Shown here piece after piece: positions 49,501 to 58,711 of a stretch of DNA of 58,711 bases (positions within the stretch are counted from its first letter, which is position 1; each line of letters starts with the position of its first letter). This DNA comes from Craspedostauros australis. Its lineage: Eukaryota. Made by a program: the position numbers and the translations under genes. The stretch covers positions 1-58,711 of the forward strand of contig JALAGF010002752.1 of the NCBI GenBank assembly GCA_030167865.1. Reading direction: 5' to 3'. The notes under the pieces are model-generated. The model saw only the letters and a list, made by a program, of their open reading frames with translations. It ran no database searches and was not told the origin of the DNA.

Positions 49501-52500
49501 TATGTCTTGCCATCACAACACACACAAAGTGTCGTCAATTTTCTCACCACTCTTCACTCATTCCATCACTCTCTCGTCCCTAATTCGCGATTGGACTTAT
49601 CTCGCATGTGCGTGCACTCATCTGTTTCGCGCACTCTTCTGTTCTCCAACTCGTACCATGCCAAATCTCGCAGATTCGATGGAAGCACGAACTGAGTCGT
49701 TTCAAAGACATGGATGTGCTGTCGTTTGGGCTGTCGGGTGGTATCAGCAATTCCAACGACATCAAAGTGCATTCCATGAAGCTTGAGGCGGGTGATGTTA
49801 TCGTGTGCGAACTCGCAGCCTTGCCACGCATGAGAACAGTTCTTGGGAAGTCGATATCTCAATTCCATGCTGTCGCGATCGATTGCAGGCATCCAATCGC
49901 ATTCCAAAAGTCGCTACAGTTTGGTCTGGGCGGTCAGTTGCATCGTCGCGGCATGTCGGACAAGGACAGTGGTGAGCAAAGCAAGGCAATTTCGTGCGAA
50001 CTCATGACAGTGTCATGGTGGGACGAAGTCGTCCATTTCGCGCTGGAAGGGAATGCGAATCGTCTCATTGTCGAGTACACTGGATCGGACGATGCTGTCT
50101 TCAGCGCGCTGGGCATCACCGAGAAGCAACGAGTCGTGTTGCTGGCACTTCGAGCGGCCTTCATCCTTGGACCAAGGCTATTCAGATGGTCGGAACAGTC
50201 CATCAGCCGCCGTGTCCTCACTTGGGCTCGAAAGAGAGGTAAAAAGTCCACAGCCGACAAGGTGAAGCGCGTGCGGCATGTGCTCGAGGACATTTCGAGC
50301 CCATTCTTCATCGAAATCGAAGGCATCGTCACGGCGGAGCAAGTCACGTCCCGATCGCGTGGCGGTTTGCGATGGGAAACGCGTTCCTGCACAACTCCGG
50401 ACGAACAAAGAGAAGATTACGACGCATTCTGCGCTGTCGTGCGTGGCGCGCTGTCCGGCAAGCTCAATCGGTCTCCCAACGATGCCGAATTTCTGGGCGG
50501 GCAAACCAGTACTGTGGCATTGATGGCGCTGCGAAAGCTCTGCGTGCATTCTAAGTTGGATGAAGTCTTCGGCAGCACCGTCATCACATCCAAGCTGAAG
50601 CAGAAGCACCTGGCGGATCGGTTCGACAGCGTCACATTGCATGGATTGGACAGCCCCTCCAGCAAACCCGCAATCAGCGCCTCGCAGCCAGATGTCGAAG
50701 CAGCCAAGCTGATTCTGGAACGATCCGCCAAGTACAGAGAGCTGCTTTCTATAATCCGCTACGATTGCGGCTATGCGATGCAAGGAGAAGAGGAGCTGGA
50801 AGACTTGCTGTCCGCGGACAATCGGTGGAAGCCGAGCAAATCCAAGTCAAAGTCAAAGAAGAAGCAGTCACGGCCGAAGCGTATCGCGATTCTGGCAACT
50901 ATGTTAGAAGCGCGGATCCTCTCATCGCTTCTGCTTCATTCAGTCGGGATCGCCCATCGCGATTTGTCAAGCAATGCCATGAGCACGAAAGAGATACTTC
51001 TTGATTCGGCATCGCCCAATTTGGCGCATGGTGGTCAAGCGGCATCTCAAAAAGCAGCCATGGCATGGGCCGAAGTCCAACGCACGCTGTCCAACTTCAA
51101 TGCGATTGGCAACACGGGTGACAGCCACCCCTCGTCCAACATCGTCATCGCGTCACCTGATATGCTTGGTGGTGGTGCAGGAGGACTGGGCGTTGAATTG
51201 GCAGATCTAGTGATTTGCCTTGACGATGACTGGAGCGGGAGCGGGGAAATTAGCATGAAGTACATTGCGGCACGAAGCTTGGCACGGAACAAATCTGCAT
51301 CCGCGAGCGAGAGAGTGCGCCTCCTTCGCTTGGTCTGCAGCGACACAATCGAAGACACGTTGCTGGGGAGCGGCACGCCGACCAACCTGCTGGGGAATGG
51401 GACCATGCTGCGTTGGCCCGTGGATGAACGAAGTCGTCTGCAGCTGCCGGGGGCGTCGGCAGACGCCGTCAACCTCTGGAGGCAGAGCGCGAAGACCACC
51501 TCCTCCAGTTTCTTTGAATTTCCGGCATTGAACATTCTGCAACTCCGAGGTGAGCCACTATCGACCATCCTCGGAACGGAGGTTCCACTCAATCGGCTGT
51601 TCTCCCCGCGCGATGATTCGTCAGCGATCTTCTTTCCATTTGACGACGTCTCCGCACCTCCTGCGATGGCCAGGATGCACGATTCGGAGATGAGCCAGGA
51701 GATGCACTTCGTCACGACCCTCATTAGTCACGAAAGAGATGATGAGGATTCAATCGCTCTCCGCAGCACCCACAGTACTACCTCCAAGACCATGGTCATC
51801 CATCCCAACACACAAGCTGCACTCCAAGGTTATCTCCCTCCCGAAATCATCTCTAGAATGGATATGCCGTCAATGTGCTTGCGCATGTTCATTTACGACC
51901 TGTGCTTCGGCTCCAATGCCATTGCACGCACCACGCTCGTGTGCACAACAGCATCGATTGATCCCAATTCGGAGTCGGAAGCCGCTACCGCTGCAGGTGT
52001 TGCCGGCGATGCTTTGCAAGATGCAAACTATGACGCGGTCAACGGTTCTCTTCCGAATGCGGCAACATCGCTGGACTCGGATTCCTTGGACGATTCCGAC
52101 CCAACAGTGATCTTCTATGATCTTCCTGTGGACACTAAATCCGATGATCAGCAGCAGCAGCAAAGGAGCGACACAGCACCGTACAAGAAACGGCTGAATG
52201 CCTTCGTGAAGCAGTTCGTGGATACCACGGCCACGTTGGACACCGGGGATGGAAACCAAGGTTGCGAGGCTGTGATTTACTTCCCACCGTTGTTCCCAGG
52301 CCTTCGAGAGTCTTACGAAAGAGCCAAGCAGGACAAGCAGTTCAACGAGGAGACGTCCATCAATCTCCTGACACAGATCGAACCCACCCCGGTCATGATG
52401 AAACGGAAGGAATCGGACGGCATGATGATTGATGCATCTCCCCAGTCGAAGAGGCCAAAGATCGAAGATCCGACATTGGCAGATATGGACTTGTCCGATC

Positions 52501-55379
52501 TGACAACGCTGCTTGATGATCCAATGCCAGGAACAGAGGCCATCGACATTGCCCCGTCGTTAACCCTATCAACAGCATTGCCCCCGCCGACCAACACCGA
52601 TCTCACGACAATCACGCCAACACCATCCACGTCGCCATCGTTGCCAGAGATCAATCCAATCCCCATCACAACCATGCAGCAGCAACCACTGATGCAGCCG
52701 CAGCCAGAATGTGCCAACCCACCAGCTCCTGAAGCCGATGACCCCACATTCGACTTATTCGATGAAGACTTTGGCCTTCTTGCCTCTGGTGTGCTTCCGG
52801 GGGATGAAGAATCAACGATGATTGCATCGCAGACAACTCTCGGCGAATTCCCATCCCGATCGCTGTACTTTCGTGATGACGACGTCTTGTCGCCATTCGC
52901 GCCGTGCAGCGCAGAAGAACTGGATGCGGATGAGAATGATAAGAGGTTGGATTCTGTCCTTCTTTTCACCAAGCGTAAAAGGACTGGCCAGCAGCTGTAC
53001 GTCGAGTCCAACTTGCCAACGTTCAAGCAACCCGTTGGTGGGATGACCGATACTATGTGGGCAACCATGCAATCCAAGGCGGCATACTTTGCATCTGCAA
53101 CGGCATTGGGGAGGATCGTTTCGAATGAGCCTCTCGTCCCGGTTGGAGCAAAGAAGACGAAGAAGAAAGTCCAGGCCGCCCCGGCTGCGCCAGCAACAAC
53201 CACGTCGATGTCTGCTCCGACTCCGCATTCGGTCGTGTCCAATGGTGTGTTCATTACAAAGGGCAGCACAACCACCGCCACTATCACAGCCACAACCACA
53301 GCCACAACCAACAGCACCATGAATGCGAACGTGAATGTCCCATTCATCAAGATCACAGACTTTCACCAACAAAGGTTGCTCAGCTCCTTTGCATCTCGGC
53401 AGTACACTACAGGTCTATCGCTGTTTGAGTCGAGATCGTACCAACTAGCCGCCGGTCGCATCGTTGGTCGCGTAGCTGGACGTGCAGCAAGTCGTTGCTG
53501 GAAGCCAGGTCGACTGTTCGAAGAAGGCCCCGGTGCGTCACTGAAGGTGATGAACAGCCATCAGACGCAAAACAGTATGCATCAGTGGAGGCCGATTGGA
53601 ACACGGCTGGCCGCATCTGCACCTGCAACTACAAGTGAAGGAACAGATCCTGTGTTGGCGCTGGCGGATGAGCAACTTGCGACGTTGGAGCAGTCGATGA
53701 CGGCACCACGTCGCGTCGATTTTGGTCCATTCCGCGGCGGTTTCTTCGCATCCACGTTGGGGATGACGCAGATCGTGCACAGGAGGACTTGGGTTGGGAT
53801 TTCGCTGCCGATGGGGGTGAAGATACCCCAAGAAGCCTCCGGTGGAACACCTATCATGTGGACGAAGGAACAGGACGACATGCTCACCGGCTGCGTCAAC
53901 AAGTACAGCAAGAATTGGATCATGATCGCCAGAATTGTTTCCAGCCTTCCAACGATGACGACGATGGCGAGCTTGGGATCCACGAACGCCTCGGACTCAG
54001 CTCACTCTCTTAACCAAGTGCAACATTTGCAATTCCGTTCAGCGCAGCAGTGCCAGAATCGATGGGAAGCTCTATCCAATAAGAAAGCGTCGGATGTATC
54101 CCAACCTGACAGGACACAAACACCTTCAGATACATATCTACCTGCCACAGGAGCACCTGCAGCAACAGCAACAGCTGACAAGTCAACTTCGCAGGCTGCG
54201 TTACGGATTAGTTGCAACGATGCAAAGACTAGTCTACTTACGAGTATTCCGGCAAACATTCCGCCAGCTGATAGCAGCACCCAAACTGAGCCAATGGATA
54301 CGACACCGACTGGACTGAATGAAGGCGTACAAGCTGCCGCTTGCGTACCGCCATCGGCATCTCTGGCGACAGAGACAACGACGCGAAGAGGCAAGCCACG
54401 ACGTTCATTTGGGGCAATCAGAAGAGCGAAATCACGCAAACAGACGATACCTATTTCAATTCCTGGTGTTCCTCCTGGCAGTCCTGCAACCTTTGTAGGA
54501 ATCCATGCCTCGCATACGCAGTCTGTCCAGGCGACCATCGCTACCAGTTGGCCTGGAGGTCGGGCAGAGATGTGGCCACTCCAAATTCTTGATATGGCCG
54601 ACAAGCAACGAAGCGCCTCTGCCGCCGCTGCTGCTTCCAGCAACGCCACAGCCGCAATGAACGCCAAAGTCAAGGCCGTGACAAAGGCTGGACCTCCCAG
54701 TAAACGAGCAGCGTCAAAGTTGAACGGTGCGTCGAGCGCCAGCGCAAGGGGAGCACAAAGTTCGAATCGGAGACACACTGCAGCAAAGCCTTCCGCAGCA
54801 ACGATCCGCCGCCAGAAGGCAGCTGCCGCGAAGGCCAGTCAACGGGCTGCGCAAGCCAAGCAGAGATCTCAGCAGCAGCAGCAGCAGCAGCAAACCGCGG
54901 TCCGTTACGTAACTGCTCAGCAGAATGGCACGAGACCCGCGCAGCGTCGAACGATACCAACAGTGAGAGCGCAGGTGCCCGCACCATCGCCTGCTCAAGT
55001 GCCGGTGCCAATCCCAGCCCCAGTGAGAGCCCCTGCGCCTGTCCCAGCGCCAGTGCCTGTACCAGTGCCAATCGCAGCACCAGTACGGGCGACTGTGCGT
55101 GCACCCGTGCGAGCCCCTGCACCTGCGCCTATACCTGTCCAGATGCGTCCACAAGCGCGTGTTCCTGTGGCGGCGCCGGCACCCGTTCGAGCCCCCATTC
55201 CTGCTGCGGCTCCCGCTCCCATTGGAGCCAAGGTCGCCACGCAGGTTCCTGTCCAGACGTACGTACGTCCGCAGGCCACGGCAGTTGCCCCCATCCAGGC
55301 CGCATCACCGCATGCCGCAGTGCGACCCCAGATGAAGGTGGCGAAACCTATTCCGCCGGCTCCTCCCACCACGAAGTGA
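46525..55379 (+). CDS. p400/SWR1/EAF1-like chromatin protein: HSA domain, degenerate SNF2 lobes, SANT/Myb domain; exons 46525-49422, 49674-55379 (about 2867 aa)
   Basis: [43 protein letters not shown]...[60 protein letters not shown]...NWIMIA...[10 protein letters not shown]. Confidence 0.85.
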
Positions 55380-55554
55380 AGGCGCTTCGCCGAAGTCAGG
55401 GTAATGGTCGGCTCCGTAAGCCGATCTGATGCCATGCGTACAAGGACGTACGAGTAACATCTCAGCTCTCAATTTTTGATCCTGACGAACTCACGAAGCC
55501 CTGTTCGTTGTTGTTGTTGTTGTTGTTGTCCTCATGTGCTTCTCCCACATTTCC

Positions 55555-56427
55555 TTATGCTTGCTGTGTAGTTTCGGTCGGCAAACCTGGTACTTGTTGC
55601 GCTGCTTGCGTTTGGCCTTGTTGTTCACCAAGATTTGCTTGTGGGCCCGGTTCCGATGATGCCGGGAGCGGTTGGAGAACGCCCAGCCGTCGCAATTCCA
55701 CCAAGGTCGTTGCCGTCGAGGTGTGATGGACGAAGATGCCGCCTGCCTGCTCCCACGGCTCGCGAGCGGACAGCCGGTCATCGATTAGGATGTCCGTCGG
55801 CCGCCTGCATTCCTTCCACTTGAACTTGGACCAGCACGAGATGACGTTGACATTGCGGCCCTGCTTCCGTCCCGTCACGATGTCGTGGCGCTGCGGATGT
55901 TGTGCTGCCATGTCCACATGGTTGATGTACCCGCGGTCAAGCTCCCGAATGCACCACAAGGACTTGTAGTAGCCATGTCGGTTGGGTTGGTTGCTGGGAA
56001 CTCCAGTTAGGATGTCCACCTTGCGAATCGCACGCAGCGCATCCCACAGTTCCTGTCCATCCGACATCCAGTCCAAGGTCTGGAAGAAGTTGCGTTTGCG
56101 CGCGACGACCTTCCACATCTCCTTGAGGTTGTCGAGCTCATCCGGTGTTTGGCCGCACAGTGCCTGAACACCGCGGTCGAAGTCGCACAGCACGCCATCC
56201 ATGTCGCAGAAGATGTGGAAGGCAGGCTCGTCAAGCTGCTTGTTGTTATCTTTGTGGTTGATGTTGTGATGTTTCTTGTGATTGTCCTTGCGATTTTCCT
56301 TGCGATTGTGGCCCCTGTGCTTCTTCCCATCGGACCTACCATGTCTTGGCCGGTGGTTGCTGCTGCCTTTGCCACCGTTGGTCTTGTCGTTGCCGGATCC
56401 CATGGTTGCCGTTGGCTTTGCCTCCAT
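55555..56427 (-). CDS. HAD-superfamily 5'(3')-deoxyribonucleotidase-like protein
   Basis: IFCDMDGVLCDFD (motif I), FFQTLDWMSDGQELW, ILTG, ILIDDR...WEQAGGIFVHH. First ATG used; the track start at 56454 is TTG. Confidence 0.85.
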   Translation of the reverse strand: MEAKPTATMGSGNDKTNGGKGSSNHRPRHGRSDGKKHRGHNRKENRKDNHKKHHNINHKDNNKQLDEPAFHIFCDMDGVLCDFDRGVQALCGQTPDELDNLKEMWKVVARKRNFFQTLDWMSDGQELWDALRAIRKVDILTGVPSNQPNRHGYYKSLWCIRELDRGYINHVDMAAQHPQRHDIVTGRKQGRNVNVISCWSKFKWKECRRPTDILIDDRLSAREPWEQAGGIFVHHTSTATTLVELRRLGVLQPLPASSEPGPQANLGEQQGQTQAAQQVPGLPTETTQQA

Positions 56428-57352
56428 CCTGGTTGCGATGGTGATTGCTGACAATGGCTCCAGTTGGGGCTGAAGCTGAGACTCTGGCTGTAGTCGTACT
56501 CGTGGCTGGAGATGGTTGTGCTGTCAGTGTAGTATTCGTAGAATGTGTTGTTGACACCAACGATGATGGAAATGGACAGAGTAGACACGTACCTATTACT
56601 ATGCAGGCATTTGCGACGATGCCCTCCCTTTCTCTCCCCTTGACACCAGTCGCCAGAAGAACAATGACGGGAATTGACTGATGGGTGGAACAAAACGAGG
56701 AAGCTGAACGTGTGTGGTTGGTGATTCTCGTTCGAGAATCTTGGCAAATTCAACGAACGAAAATAGTCTACATGCACTGTCTAGATACTCTATCGATTCA
56801 CATCTAGACCTGGTTGAGGCTGAATGACGTATTATATTATAGATCGTATCTCTTCGGCCAAAACGCGCCTTTCTCCACTGCATCTGCCTCACACCAGAGA
56901 AGAGGATCACAGCACGCTTGCGCAGCGGCAGGTGTTGTTAGAGCTGCAATCCGCGGCGAAGGTGACCACCGTGGATTTGTCCAAGCGCGTGACGGCGCCA
57001 AGCAAGCCAAAGAAGCATGGGCGGCACTTCTGGCAATGATCGCGACCAGCAGGGCCGTCCTGATGGTCCGCCGTGTGCATTCCCGCCGGACCCTAACGCT
57101 ACCACACACTTTGACAAGCTGTATGGGGTTCCACCGCGCGTGTGGCCGCATTGGGCAAAATAGGACGGGTGTCAGCAGTCACACCACGAGCAGTATCAAG
57201 AACAAGCCCGTCACCGTCAGTCGTGAACTCGCCACAATACGAGTAGGGAGAATCACAGAACTCTTCAGATCCACAAATGCATTTACTCTTGGCCTTCTGT
57301 TCTATTCTATAATACGGTGCGCGCTCTGCTCCATGGCTGCACTTGCCTGTTC

Positions 57353-58711
57353 CTACTTCTCCTGCTGCTGATGTTGTTGCTGCTGCTGTTTCCGTTTAGA
57401 TTCGATCGTGTTCTTCATCGATTTGAAGGTCGGATAACGTCCCAACGCAGGTCGTCGGCTGTGCGGCAGTTTGTCGAAGCTGCGGATGGTGACATTGAGC
57501 TGCCGCGTGACTTGTCTCAGACACCAATACCAATACGCCTTGGAGGAATCGAGATCCTGGATGGATTCTGGCAATGGCACTGGCGCCGGTGATTCCCACG
57601 GTTTGGAATCGCCACTGAAATGGATGAAATCCCGATGCGGGGCATGATCCAAGAACATGGGGTGGCGGGTGCTACCATAGTGGTTGGGGTGCTCCATGCC
57701 GATTGGGAGGCATGTCTTGTGCTGCGACCACAGCCACGACGACTTGTCGATCGCTTCTTTTCGCAGCAGCTTGGGTTTCCTTTCCTTCTGACCATTGTGC
57801 TTGCCACCGCCACTGTCGACATTGTCTGCAACGACTGTCGTGATTGTTGCATTGGAGATGGTGGCGCCCAAACCAAACCCAAAACCAGTGTCATGACCAA
57901 GGTGAGAGTCAGGATGAGAATCAGAGGTGGATCCCCAATGCTCCATGTCATCGAGGTTGATGATGGTGACCTGTTGCTTGTGGAACTTGGTCCAATAGTA
58001 AAGCAAACCTTGATCTGCAAAGTCTCCGTGGAATGTCCAGTTGATGCCGTCGTACAGCTCGGATGGTGGATATCCTGGCAACCCTGTCCATGATCCGTCC
58101 TTGGATTGGATGACACGCCATGGATCATCGTTGGGTATGGGAGTGCCCCAACCAACGACCGGATCCCAATGCGGATACGGCAATCGCAATGCCTCTTCTT
58201 CACGTCTGTGAATGATCTCCTGTATTTGGGGATAGTGGGACACGGCGGGCTCCAAGAGGAAGATGCCACCATGGGCTGGTTCGTTGAACCATGCAAAGAT
58301 GACGTTGGGCTGCAGCTTGCCGTCGATGGAGGCTTCCAGCAGGTAATCGAGGTTGCACAACGGCATGGCATCGGAATCGAGGTAGAGAACGCGGGAGTAG
58401 TGATGCAGCTGCAGGATGCGGAACTTTTCCATTTGCGCAGCGTAGAAGTTGTCACGGACAGGCTTGGGGAGGTAGATGTACTTGACGCCCATGCGATGGA
58501 GCCATGTCTCGTCTCTGGCTGTGAGGGTGGTGTGGTTGGAGTATTTAGAGATCTGGAGCATGACGATGACATCGGCGTTGCTGCTGTGCGTCTGAAGGAT
58601 GAACTTGGAGACGAGGATGTTGTAGATGTAGTTCCTGTAGGACCATGGTTTGTCAGGATCGCAACCTGCAACAAGGAAGGCGTATGCGTACTTTCTCGTG
58701 GTCGAAGAGTT
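57353..58711 (-). CDS. GT8-family glycosyltransferase (5' end outside the window)
   Basis: Frame open to the edge (KYAYAFLVAGCDP...); EKFRILQLHHYSRVLYLDSDAMPLCNLDYL (DxD), GGIFLLEP, ADQGLLY, FIHFSGDSKPW. Confidence 0.88.
   Translation of the reverse strand, partial: NSSTTRKYAYAFLVAGCDPDKPWSYRNYIYNILVSKFILQTHSSNADVIVMLQISKYSNHTTLTARDETWLHRMGVKYIYLPKPVRDNFYAAQMEKFRILQLHHYSRVLYLDSDAMPLCNLDYLLEASIDGKLQPNVIFAWFNEPAHGGIFLLEPAVSHYPQIQEIIHRREEEALRLPYPHWDPVVGWGTPIPNDDPWRVIQSKDGSWTGLPGYPPSELYDGINWTFHGDFADQGLLYYWTKFHKQQVTIINLDDMEHWGSTSDSHPDSHLGHDTGFGFGLGATISNATITTVVADNVDSGGGKHNGQKERKPKLLRKEAIDKSSWLWSQHKTCLPIGMEHPNHYGSTRHPMFLDHAPHRDFIHFSGDSKPWESPAPVPLPESIQDLDSSKAYWYWCLRQVTRQLNVTIRSFDKLPHSRRPALGRYPTFKSMKNTIESKRKQQQQQHQQQEK

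Noticed and set aside
56824-57039. Short plus-strand ORF between the HAD and GT8 genes
   Set aside because: No recognisable family or supporting splice structure.

Overview
Intron-containing eukaryotic nuclear DNA, most consistent with a diatom (stramenopile): GT-AG introns of 190-590 bp, bipartite plastid-targeting presequences, an APS kinase-ATP sulfurylase-pyrophosphatase fusion and a diatom-type orphan family. I built about 21 protein-coding models by hand plus one tRNA-Thr(AGT). In order: ACBP-ankyrin, trifunctional PAPS synthase, GT-B glycosyltransferase-like protein, HCF164-like thioredoxin, HSP20, ABCF2, Mic10 (absent from the ORF track), HECT E3 ligase, UDP-glucuronate 4-epimerase, NFACT-R protein, CDK9/CDKC, Mpv17/PMP22, APH-like kinase, GDP-sugar Nudix hydrolase, diatom orphan, TPR-methyltransferase, p400/SWR1/EAF1-like protein, HAD nucleotidase and a partial GT8. 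The main candidate for a new system is the PAPS synthase. A hidden 33-nt first exon gives it type II membrane topology, suggesting PAPS synthesis inside the secretory lumen, and it lies head-to-head with a membrane-anchored, bacterial-like glycosyltransferase. Also notable are a p400/SWR1-like protein with a decayed SNF2 motor, and ABCF2 introns at identical positions in both ATPase domains. Family assignments come from motif recognition only; no searches were run.
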